A DNA stretch of 64,000 nt, from assembly GCA_002719955.1 (NCBI GenBank), contig PBFW01000009.1:299057-363056 (forward strand), in the 5' to 3' direction. The stretch comes from Deltaproteobacteria bacterium (GTDB lineage Bacteria; Myxococcota_A; UBA9160; UBA4427). This document shows positions 1 to 7,763 of the stretch, in pieces. The position numbers and the translations under genes were made by a program. A model generated the notes under the pieces. The model was not told the DNA's origin. It made no database searches and was given only the letters and a program-made list of their open reading frames with translations. Position 1 is the stretch's first letter. Every line of letters begins with the position of its first letter.

Positions 1-549
1 AAACTCGATTGTCGTCCCGGCCATCTCCCGCTCTTCCGCCGAACGCCTGATCTCGAAGCGTGGATGTTGGGTCAGGACATCCTATTCGTTGGCGGCGGCA
101 ATACGAAGAGCATGCTCGCGGTGTGGCGGGGCTGGGGATTGCCGGAGATCCTGCGACGTGCGGCCGAGGCAGGGACGATCCTGTCGGGGGTCAGTGCGGG
201 TGCGGTCTGCTGGTTCGAGTGGGGTGTGACGGATTCGGCGTCGGATAGGCTCAGGCCGCTCGCTTGCCTCGGATTCGTCAGCGGGAGCTGCTGTCCGCAT
301 TATTCGGGGGAACGCGATCGCCGACCGAGCTACGAGCACATGGTCGCGGGGAGCGAGATCGTTCCGGGCTATGCGATCGACGATGGCGCGGCGCTTCACA
401 TGATCGACGGTGCTGCGAAGCGGGTCGTCTCGGGCCGTGCGGACGCGTCGGTCTATCGCGTCGAGCGAAATGGGGCTCGGGCCGAGTCGCGCCCCTGTAC
501 GGATCTCGAGCGAGTCGATGTGGCTGGGCCCGACGAGCGGGGACAATGA
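1..549 (+). CDS. Peptidase E / S51 family dipeptidase, 5' end outside the window
   Basis: Frame 1 is open from base 1. The translation ...ILFVGGGNT...ILSGVSAGAVCW...CCPHYSGE... carries the S51 GGGNT and GxSAG serine-nucleophile motifs. Stop at 547-549. Confidence 0.8.
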   Translation, partial: KLDCRPGHLPLFRRTPDLEAWMLGQDILFVGGGNTKSMLAVWRGWGLPEILRRAAEAGTILSGVSAGAVCWFEWGVTDSASDRLRPLACLGFVSGSCCPHYSGERDRRPSYEHMVAGSEIVPGYAIDDGAALHMIDGAAKRVVSGRADASVYRVERNGARAESRPCTDLERVDVAGPDERGQ

Positions 550-627
550 GCGCCGATTCAAGCGGGAGACGGTGATGGGGCTGGGTCCGAAGGGCATCGA
601 GAGGATCGGGCCGAAGGGGGGGGGCGC

Positions 628-897
628 GTGAACGAGGAGATCCTGAATCCGATCGCCTTCTCGATTCTGCTGACCTCACTCTACCTGTTGCGCTATCGAG
701 GCTGGCGACGTCCGGTCATGGTGGTGTTCTACTTCGCGTTCTTCGTGGTCCTCGAAATCATCGCCTCTCTGTATTTCCTTCCGTCCGGCGCCTTCGGGCC
801 GGGTTTGGGGTATCTCTGCCTGGCGCTCACAGTGCCGATCGCGGTGGCGGTTTATCTGATCTGGCGTCACGAGCACAAGCAGGCCGAACTCGACTGA
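628..897 (+). CDS. Small hypothetical membrane protein (89 aa, about 3 TM helices)
   Basis: GTG-start ORF. The hydrophobic segments (IAFSILLTSLYLL, VMVVFYFAFFVVLEIIASLYF, LCLALTVPIAVAVYLIW) look like real TM helices. No family recognised. Confidence 0.5.
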   Translation: MNEEILNPIAFSILLTSLYLLRYRGWRRPVMVVFYFAFFVVLEIIASLYFLPSGAFGPGLGYLCLALTVPIAVAVYLIWRHEHKQAELD

Positions 898-904
898 CTC
901 AGAG

Positions 905-1260
905 GTGTGTCTCTGTAGGGCGCACAGTTGTCATTGTGGCGCCGTGCGGTTTCGCGTTCGGGCACGCGGCCGGCGTCCTCTTTGGTGCAATTGTTCGATC
1001 TGCCTGAAGAAAGCTTTTCTCGGACTGATCGTTCCCGCGCGGGATTTCGAGCTCATCGCGGGCGAACCCTGCCTCGAAACCCACCGCTTCAATACGGGGA
1101 CCGCGCAACACCCCTTCAGCCGTCCCCCCGCTCCCACCCCGACGTTTTCGACGTCAACGTGCGCTATCTCGACGCGTGAGCGGGAGAGGAGGGGGGTGGT
1201 TGGGAAATCGAGGATTTCGACGGCTGGAACTGGGAGCGGAGCGTGGATCGGGTTCGTTAG
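905..1260 (+). pseudogene. Decayed GFA (glutathione-dependent formaldehyde-activating / CENP-V-like) family gene
   Basis: The N-terminal part in the 905 frame (SCHCGAVRFRV...CNCSICLKKAFLGLIVPARDFELIAG...HRFNTGTAQHPF) is GFA-like. The third Cys pair (FCxxCG) is missing. The frame shifts at the C6 run 1124-1129 into RSHPDVFDVNVRYLDA. An in-frame TGA lies at 1177-1179, and the typical C-terminus WEIEDFDGWNWE continues in the same frame to TAG 1258-1260. Confidence 0.5.
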
Positions 1261-1724
1261 TCCGACTTGGGGTCGGAGGAGGCCGCACCTGGGAGCGTTT
1301 CGAAGCTCGGGATATCGTCCGAAAATTCACTGATGGCGAGCCTGCTCTCGGTAAAGATGCGGATCTGGATCTTCTGGTCGAAATCCGAATCGAGACAACC
1401 GAGTCGCAGCCGCACGAAATCCGGACTGGCCGCGCTCCGCTTGAGGATCGATGAACCACACTGGCCGCAGAAGATGCGCTTCTCACCCGGCGAGCTCTCG
1501 AAATCCCGGAGCAGGGCCTCACCCTCTAGCAATTCGAAACGATCGTTTTCGAGTGAAGCATTCGTCGCGAATTCCGCGCCCGACTGCTTCCGGCATTGCA
1601 GGCAATGGCATCTCGTCACGAGAGTGAGCGGTCCCTCGGCGCGATAGCGAACGCCTCCGCAGAGGCAGCTTCCCATCAGGAGTTTCGCGTCCACCGGGTC
1701 ATCACCCGCTCTCGAATCACTCAT
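1257..1724 (-). CDS. GFA family protein (Zn-binding, CENP-V/GFA domain)
   Basis: Contains GSCLCGGVRYRAEG...RCHCLQCRKQSGAEF...IFCGQCGSSI, the three Cys clusters of GFA proteins. I chose the ATG at 1724 (MSDSRAGDD...) because a GGAGAG SD lies 7 nt upstream. The ORF extends to 1817. Confidence 0.8.
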   Translation of the reverse strand: MSDSRAGDDPVDAKLLMGSCLCGGVRYRAEGPLTLVTRCHCLQCRKQSGAEFATNASLENDRFELLEGEALLRDFESSPGEKRIFCGQCGSSILKRSAASPDFVRLRLGCLDSDFDQKIQIRIFTESRLAISEFSDDIPSFETLPGAASSDPKSD

Positions 1725-1849
1725 GTCGATCTCTCCACGAGCGGGCCTCCACCTGAATTCGCTCTTGTTTCCGGGCGTTTTGCAATGCACCTTCGCAGTG
1801 GTCCCTCGTCGCGTCAAGCGGGGTCGGGGCGACCGAATGAGGAGGCGAG

Positions 1850-2320
1850 ATGAGCGAAAAGAATCAGCAGAGCGGGGCGGCCGAGGCGCTCGTCACCAGT
1901 CATCTGATCCTGCATTGCGGGGATACAGAGGCCACGATCGACTTCTGGTGCAAGGGGCTCGGGGCGGAACTCGAACAGGACGAAGAACTCGAGTCTCCGG
2001 CGCTGGATGCGATCTTCGGCCGCAAGGGCGTTCGCATCAGAGACACGTTCATCCGAATCGGTGGAACACGGATTCACACGATCGAAACGCTCGACGAGAA
2101 GCGGACTCGGAAGCAGACTGCGGCCTTCGAAAAACCCCTTGGTCTCTCGGGGCTTTCTTTTCATGTGCCCGATCTCGATGAAGCACATGCGCGCGCGACA
2201 TCCGAGGGACGCTCGCCGACGGAGATCTACTCCTTCTCGGAGCTCGAGGCGCCCGTCCGCATGTTCTTCCTGGAGGATCCTGACGGATTGCGGGTCGAGA
2301 TGATCGGGAGCGAGACCTAG
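1850..2320 (+). CDS. VOC family protein (glyoxalase / bleomycin-resistance fold)
   Basis: 156 aa. HLILHCGDTEATIDFWCKGLGAE...LSGLSFHVPDLDEAHARA...VRMFFLEDPDGLRVEMI is a typical paired beta-alpha-beta-beta-beta VOC pattern. Confidence 0.8.
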   Translation: MSEKNQQSGAAEALVTSHLILHCGDTEATIDFWCKGLGAELEQDEELESPALDAIFGRKGVRIRDTFIRIGGTRIHTIETLDEKRTRKQTAAFEKPLGLSGLSFHVPDLDEAHARATSEGRSPTEIYSFSELEAPVRMFFLEDPDGLRVEMIGSET

Positions 2321-2517
2321 CATTTCGTACGGGGCGTCAGATTCGCCTAGCACGGCCCAGATCCATCTCGTGATTTGATGAAGCATCAGTTGGTCTTCCG
2401 GGACGAATTCTCTCGACGTCCGAGACGACCCATCTGATATTCTGGCCGTGTGGTGTCGACTCTCGTGGGGCACAAGTCTGTACCCTGGCGGCGATTGCAG
2501 TCAGCGCGAGGTCTCTC

Positions 2518-2823
2518 ATGCGCTTTCGACTGATCACTTTTCTTCCACCGGCCGCCTTGATCACGCTCGCCCTACTCTTCTCGGCGTCTTCTTTCGTGCC
2601 TGGTGTCGAGCGGTCGCTGATCGGCGAGTGGGATCGAGTTCCCACGCCGATTCGGGTTCAGCGTTTCGAGGCGGAATGCGATCTCCTCCAGCGCGAGATC
2701 GACGAGCTTTCGCGTAGCGTGACCTATTGTGATGCGGAGCCTGGGGCGGGCCCTTCGGAGAGGCCTCGACCTGTGAGGCCTCCCATGACTGGCAGGAGGA
2801 GGTGGTCACGGGCGGGGGGGTGA
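2518..2823 (+). CDS. Hypothetical small secreted protein
   Basis: The N-terminus MRFRLITFLPPAALITLALLFSASS looks like a signal peptide. The C-terminal third is Pro/Arg-rich low complexity. No homology recognised. Confidence 0.35.
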   Translation: MRFRLITFLPPAALITLALLFSASSFVPGVERSLIGEWDRVPTPIRVQRFEAECDLLQREIDELSRSVTYCDAEPGAGPSERPRPVRPPMTGRRRWSRAGG

Positions 2824-2869
2824 GCCTGAACCCAGTTGCTTTTTTTCCAGGGCTCGGGTTCGAATCAGC

Positions 2870-3844
2870 CTAACGAAGCGAGACGGTTCCATTCGACGTG
2901 CGCAGTCGGATGGGGGGGCCACCCTTGCCGACTCGGCCCTGTACGCGGTCGTTCGCGTCTCCTACCTCTTCTTCGAACTCGAGGTCGTTTCGGATCAGGC
3001 CGTTCTCGACGTGGATGTCGACGTCTGCGTCGGGATGATCGGGGAGTTCGAGGGCGATCCGGCCGTTACTGGTCGTGAGCGTGACGCCGGTCTCGCCGAG
3101 GGCGTCGATGGACGCCTTGATCACGCCGTTGGACGTCGACGCGTCGACGGAGCCGTGATGCCCGCCGACCTCGATCTTGCCATTGCTCGAGCGGGCGCGG
3201 AGATGGCCGTGGGTGCATCGGCAGGCGACCTTGGCATTGGCGGTCGTGACGTCGATGTCGCCGTTCACTTCGCAGATCGAGACGGAGCCGTTGCTCGAGC
3301 GGGCGCGGATCGCGCGGTCCAAACCCTCGAGGCAGATCTTCCCGTTCGTCGAGCTGAGGGCGACGCTCGTGTCTCGCGGCACGTGCAATTCGAGGTGGGC
3401 GATTCCGTGCCGGGAGCATTTGCGGGGGATCTGGACTTCGATTTCCAGCTCGTCGCCGGTCGCCAAGTTCTGTAGACGGATCGACTCGAGGAGCTTGGCG
3501 GCAGCATCGGGGCAATCGGCGCGGACGCTCTTCGTGATGCGGATCTCGATGTCCTCGCGATCTTCACCGACGACCCGTGTCTTGCCGTTAGCGTTGCGGA
3601 TGCGAATGGCGCGCCCCGGCGGCGCGTCGATGATGAGGGTCTCTTCCTCGCTCTGCATTTCGCCCCATGGAATCCGGGCGAAGAGGCTGCGTAGGAGGCC
3701 GCCGAAGCCCGGTCCGCTCGTCGTGCGGTGCGAGCCGCCCTGCGGCCGATCGCCGTGACGCTTCATCGTGATACTCGCTTCCACGGGCGCGTGGATCGTC
3801 GAGTGGGCGCTCTCATCAGTGGAAACGCTTCGGATCGTCATCAT
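2870..3844 (-). CDS. DUF4097 family beta-helix protein (putative adhesin / LiaG-like)
   Basis: Repeated SSNG/STNG/TSNG beta-strand units (RARSSNGSVSICEVNGDIDVTTANAKV..., SSNGKIEVGG, STSNGVIKASI, TTSNGRIALELP, RTSNGTVSLR) are typical of DUF4097. The start is ambiguous: ATG 3844 overlaps the rhomboid stop by 29 nt, and ATG 3766 is an alternative. The ORF extends to 3973. Confidence 0.8.
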   Translation of the reverse strand: MMTIRSVSTDESAHSTIHAPVEASITMKRHGDRPQGGSHRTTSGPGFGGLLRSLFARIPWGEMQSEEETLIIDAPPGRAIRIRNANGKTRVVGEDREDIEIRITKSVRADCPDAAAKLLESIRLQNLATGDELEIEVQIPRKCSRHGIAHLELHVPRDTSVALSSTNGKICLEGLDRAIRARSSNGSVSICEVNGDIDVTTANAKVACRCTHGHLRARSSNGKIEVGGHHGSVDASTSNGVIKASIDALGETGVTLTTSNGRIALELPDHPDADVDIHVENGLIRNDLEFEEEVGDANDRVQGRVGKGGPPIRLRTSNGTVSLR

Positions 3845-4661
3845 CGTCTCGCCAACGATTCTGATCGCGCCGCTCGTCCCGATGGACCGAGCGAATCTTC
3901 TGGCGCATGCGATAGCGGCGCCATTTGAGGAGGAGGGATTGCGGAGTGGGGGCACCGGGTGTGCGCCCCTCATTCAGCAGGTAGACCCAGCCGACGAGAA
4001 CACCGGCGAGATGGCCGGTATGGCTGATATTGCCGCTACCCGAGGACATCCACTCCATGAGGAAGAGGAGCGGGATCAGCCAGATGGCTTTGATCGGAAT
4101 CGGTGGAAAGATCAACATGATCGTTCGATCGGGCCAGGTGAAGGAGTAGGCGAGCAAGACGCCCATCACGGCGCCCGAGGCCCCGAGCGTGTGGCCGTAG
4201 ATATCCGCGCTGCTGCTGGCGATTCCGAGCAGGCCAAGCATCGACGGGATCGAGGCGATCAGGAAACCCGCTCCGGTTCCGCAGAGCAGGTAGTACTTGA
4301 GAAAACGTTCATCGCCCCAGAGCTGCGCCAGCGCGGAGCCAAACATCCAGAGCGAAAACATGTTGAAGGCGATGTGGAGGATCGAGTTCGGGCTGTGAAG
4401 CCACATATAGGTGAAGATTCGCCAGATCTCGAATCTGCCCCAGACGGCATAGGGTTCGACGACACCGAAGCGCGTGACGTCGAAGCCGACCGATGGACCC
4501 GCCAGCTGTGCGATGTAGACCACGCCGTTCGCGATCATCAGATTCTTGATGATCTCGGGAGTCTGGGGGGGACCGAAGCTCATATTTGCGCCACCACGTC
4601 CGTACAATCTCGACACTCCACCTGGTTCGAAGCGCTCGGGCCTCGACGGTCGGTTGCCCAT
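3816..4661 (-). CDS. Rhomboid family intramembrane serine protease
   Basis: Contains WRIFTYMWLHSPNSILHIAFNMFSLW...GASGAVMGVLLAY...HTGHLAGVLVG, which gives the rhomboid GxSG catalytic Ser and the downstream His. The ORF runs to 4961, but a sigma70-like promoter at 4821-4849 and non-coding-looking sequence argue for ATG 4661. ATG 4583 is also possible. Confidence 0.85.
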   Translation of the reverse strand: MGNRPSRPERFEPGGVSRLYGRGGANMSFGPPQTPEIIKNLMIANGVVYIAQLAGPSVGFDVTRFGVVEPYAVWGRFEIWRIFTYMWLHSPNSILHIAFNMFSLWMFGSALAQLWGDERFLKYYLLCGTGAGFLIASIPSMLGLLGIASSSADIYGHTLGASGAVMGVLLAYSFTWPDRTIMLIFPPIPIKAIWLIPLLFLMEWMSSGSGNISHTGHLAGVLVGWVYLLNEGRTPGAPTPQSLLLKWRRYRMRQKIRSVHRDERRDQNRWRDDDDDPKRFH

Positions 4662-4820
4662 CGCGCTGTTCCCGGGCGGGAGCAGCGGGCGGGGGCGACA
4701 TACTCTGTTTTGGATCCGCGGCGTTCCGCCTGCTGGAAATCTGGATCCTTCTGGACTGAGATTCCGTAACCTCTGGATGAGTGCCGGCGGGACGGGCGCG
4801 CGCTCCCGCGGAACCCGCAA

Positions 4821-4849
4821 AGAGTAAAGATCGTTGAATGAACGGTCAA
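4821..4849 (-). promoter_or_regulatory. Sigma70-like promoter candidate for the rhomboid-DUF4097 unit
   Basis: The minus strand reads TTGACC (4849-4844), a 17 nt spacer, then TACTCT (4826-4821), in a locally lower-GC stretch upstream of the rhomboid start. Confidence 0.4.
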
Positions 4850-4967
4850 CGAGGGGGGCGGGATATCCCCACGGGACACGATCGTGTTCCGCAGCGAGAT
4901 TCTGATTCTCGAAGCACAAGGTCCATGCGACCCCGAATCGCGCGGACGCATCGGGCCACATGGCGAA

Positions 4968-5492
4968 TCAGCCCGTGACGGTCTCGGAACGTCTCGCCGC
5001 CGCGAGCAGGAGTGCGGTTGCGGTCTTGCCGTCGACCACCGGCCCCGAGAGTTCGGCGATCGCGGTCGCGAGCTTCATCGGGACGAGCTGGATGATCTCG
5101 TCGGGTTCGAGGCGCTGCTCGGTCGGTTCGAGGTCATAGGCGGCAAAGAGATGGATGATTTCGTCGGTGAAACCCGGCGAGGTCCAGATCGCTCCCAATT
5201 TTTCGATCCGGCCCGCGCGGTGGCCCGTCTCCTCCTCGAGTTCCCGAATGGCGCAGGCCTCCGGCGCTTCGCCGGGATCGAGCTTTCCGGCCGGGATCTC
5301 GAGGATCTCGCCGCCCGTCGCGTGGCGGAATTGTCGGAGCATCAGGATTCGATCGTCCTCGATGAAGGGGATCACCGCTGCGGCACCGGGATGGCGGAGC
5401 AGGTCGAGTTCGACCCGTCGTCCGTTGGGCAGGTCGACGGGCTCCGTGATGAATTCGAATTGGGCTCCCTGATGGACCCGACGCTCAGGCAT
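4968..5492 (-). CDS. NUDIX hydrolase (ADP-ribose pyrophosphatase-like)
   Basis: Nudix box GKLDPGEAPEACAIRELEEETG (Gx5Ex7REUxEExGU). The overall layout resembles NudF/ADPRase. Confidence 0.9.
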   Translation of the reverse strand: MPERRVHQGAQFEFITEPVDLPNGRRVELDLLRHPGAAAVIPFIEDDRILMLRQFRHATGGEILEIPAGKLDPGEAPEACAIRELEEETGHRAGRIEKLGAIWTSPGFTDEIIHLFAAYDLEPTEQRLEPDEIIQLVPMKLATAIAELSGPVVDGKTATALLLAAARRSETVTG

Positions 5493-5558
5493 TGCCTTCC
5501 TCCCGGCCGCGCGAGTTGGCCCCGGCGATTGGCTGCCTGGCAGGGTAGGCTGGGCAAC

Positions 5559-6215
5559 ATGAGTCCGCGCCCCTTCGAACGCCCCGCAACCATTGGTCTG
5601 CCCGAAACGGAGGGTCTGCCGCCCGGTTCATCACTGGAGGGTCTCTGGCTGCCCGCGCGCGGAGAGGAGGGGCCGCGGGGCGGCGCGTTGGTCGCACCGC
5701 CGCATCCGCTGATGGGCGGAAGCATGGATTCACCGGTTACGACCGAGATCGCGCTGGCGGCAAGCGACGCCGGCTATGGCGCGCTGAGATTCAACTATCG
5801 CGGTGTGGGCGGGAGCGCGGGAACACCCTCGGGCGAGACCGAGGACGCGGATGTCGATTACCGCGCCGCCCTCGATTTCATGCACGAGAGCGTCGACGGC
5901 GCGATTATCGCATGCGGCTATTCCTGGGGTGCGCTCGCGGCCTCACGGATTTGTGTCGGAGCGCCACGCATTCGAAAGCTGGTCTTGATCGCGCCGCCGC
6001 CCGGGATGCTCGACGGCGCGGCGTTGGCCGCCTGGGGTCACGCGATTCTGGTGATCGCTGGCGACCGGGACGATTTCGTGCCGATCGACGAGCTGAAGGA
6101 GACACTCGCCCCGATCGAGGGCGCGGAGTTGGTCGTTCTCGAAGGCGTCGACCATTTTTTCATGGCCGGCCTCGCCGAGGTCGGACGTGATACCCGCCGC
6201 TGGCTGGACGCCTAG
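5559..6215 (+). CDS. Alpha/beta hydrolase (COG2945-like)
   Basis: Contains ALVAPPHPLMGGSMDSPV...RFNYRGVGGSAG...ACGYSWGA (GxSxG elbow)...VIAGDRDDFVP...DHFF. I placed the start at ATG 5559. The upstream 225 codons of ORF 4884-6215 are antisense to the NUDIX gene. Confidence 0.8.
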   Translation: MSPRPFERPATIGLPETEGLPPGSSLEGLWLPARGEEGPRGGALVAPPHPLMGGSMDSPVTTEIALAASDAGYGALRFNYRGVGGSAGTPSGETEDADVDYRAALDFMHESVDGAIIACGYSWGALAASRICVGAPRIRKLVLIAPPPGMLDGAALAAWGHAILVIAGDRDDFVPIDELKETLAPIEGAELVVLEGVDHFFMAGLAEVGRDTRRWLDA

Positions 6216-6268
6216 CGGCGATCGAGGGCACGTGACCTCGCGGGTCGGTCGAAGCTGGCCGTAGATCT

Positions 6269-7681
6269 TCAGCGCGGGAGCGGCAATTGGACCCGAAAAC
6301 ATGCCCCGCCAGCGCTGCGATCCTCCACCCGGATCGATCCATTGGCTTCTTCGACGATGCGCTTGCAGATCGCCAGGCCGAGGCCGCCGGGGCCCTCGTC
6401 CCGGGTCGTCCAGAAGGGTTCGAAGATTCGTTCGTGAAGCCCGGCCGCAAGGCCCGGGCCCTCGTCCTCGACGCAGAACTCGACGTGATTCGGCGTCTCG
6501 ATACACCAGTCGGCAGAAACCCGGATCCGGCCGCCACTGGGCGTCACCCGCGTCGCATTGAGCATCAGGTTCAGCAGCAGCTGGCGCAGCGCATCCTGGG
6601 AGAGGGCGAGTCTGGGGAGTTCGGCGCGGATCTCGCTTTCGAGTTCGATCTCACGTTCACGACAGCGATAGGTCAGGAGCTGTAGCGTCGTTTCGATCGC
6701 CTCGTCGATGCGTGCTTCATCGTCGACGGGCGAGGGCGTGGTCGGTCGCGCGTGTTGCAGGAGATCGTCGAGCATGCGCTCGAGCCTCGAGACCTCGTCG
6801 CCGACGACCTGGCGAAAATCGTGATGAAACTCGGGATCGTCGAGTCGCTCGGGCAGGAGTTGGAGGAAGGTCTTGACCGAGACCAACGGATTGCGGATCT
6901 CGTGGACGATTTCGGAGACGAGACCGCCGAGGCTCGCGAGTCGGTCGAGCCGCCGGACGGCCCCGTCGAGCTGTGACATGCGGTCGAGCGCCATGCTCGT
7001 CGAGAGGGTGCTCGCGAGTTTCGACGCGACCTCGCCGAGGACGGCGATCGAGCGCGGACGCAGCGGGCGACCCGGTTTGGTGGGATAGACGAGCAGAACG
7101 GCGGCGGGCATCGTGCTCAGTCCCGGGATCGGTGCCGCCGCGGTCACACCGCGCGCGCCGAGCGACATCAATTCAGCTCCCAGTCCCGAATCCGTCAGGC
7201 GTTGGACGCGCTCCAATCCGGCGAGGGCGCGATAGAACTCGGGGGTCGGTCGAATCCGGCTGGCCGAGTCCGCCGGATGGGCGGCCATCACGGTCGGGTT
7301 TCCATCGGGTTCGAGCGCCCAGGCGACGACCGCGTCGATATCCTCTTGCCGTTCGAGGCGCTGAAGCGCCCTCATGAGGAGTGTCTGCCCCTCTGCTCCA
7401 ACCGCTTCGACCGCGGGGTCGTGGGGAAGCAGCAGCGCATCGAGCAGCGCATCCTCCGCCGCCCGTCGCCGATTGGACGCGCGCTGTAGATCGTGGCGGC
7501 GATCGCCATAGAGACCGTTGCTGGTCTCCGCCCGATCTCGCGTGTTTCCGACCCTCGCGCGGGATTCGTCCTCCCGGTCTGCGGTGTCGCCATCCGGGGA
7601 CGCACAGGTCCCCGCACGCGATAGCCTATTCGCGTCTCCCCCCATGGGTGCGGAGTTACCCGTCTCGCTTCGAACTGTCAA
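6269..7681 (-). CDS. Soluble sensor histidine kinase (N-terminal sensory region, HisKA + HATPase_c)
   Basis: H-box SEIVHEIRNPL, N-box LLLNLMLNA, G1 VEDEGPGL, G2 GPGGLGLAICKRIV. No TM segments seen. The start is uncertain (TTG 7681 or ATG 7645). Confidence 0.85.
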   Translation of the reverse strand: MTVRSETGNSAPMGGDANRLSRAGTCASPDGDTADREDESRARVGNTRDRAETSNGLYGDRRHDLQRASNRRRAAEDALLDALLLPHDPAVEAVGAEGQTLLMRALQRLERQEDIDAVVAWALEPDGNPTVMAAHPADSASRIRPTPEFYRALAGLERVQRLTDSGLGAELMSLGARGVTAAAPIPGLSTMPAAVLLVYPTKPGRPLRPRSIAVLGEVASKLASTLSTSMALDRMSQLDGAVRRLDRLASLGGLVSEIVHEIRNPLVSVKTFLQLLPERLDDPEFHHDFRQVVGDEVSRLERMLDDLLQHARPTTPSPVDDEARIDEAIETTLQLLTYRCREREIELESEIRAELPRLALSQDALRQLLLNLMLNATRVTPSGGRIRVSADWCIETPNHVEFCVEDEGPGLAAGLHERIFEPFWTTRDEGPGGLGLAICKRIVEEANGSIRVEDRSAGGACFRVQLPLPR

Positions 7682-7763
7682 CGAATGCGCGCCAGAAAAT
7701 GCGCGCCATGAGAAGAGGTGTTCGCGGAGGCGGGAGAGGGTCCCAAAGTGTGGCCGATTGGCG

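Noticed and set aside
1177-1179. The in-frame TGA in the GFA paralogue could be a selenocysteine codon, since selB is present in the window.
   Set aside because: The TGA does not replace any of the conserved GFA cysteines. The 40 nt downstream are purine-rich (GCGGGAGAGGAGGGGGGTGG) with no SECIS-like hairpin. The same gene also has a frameshift and a missing Cys pair, so a pseudogene is the simpler reading.
4662-4961. Long N-terminal extension of the rhomboid ORF (start at 4961, directly after the NUDIX stop).
   Set aside because: The segment has lower GC, contains a good TTGACC-17-TACTCT promoter on the coding strand, and its translation has no rhomboid-like or TM features. An internal ATG at 4661 or 4583 fits typical rhomboid N-termini.
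4884-5558. N-terminal 225 codons of ORF 4884-6215, which would make a 443-aa protein.
   Set aside because: This part is antisense to the NUDIX gene and translates to low-complexity sequence. The alpha/beta hydrolase homology begins only after ATG 5559.
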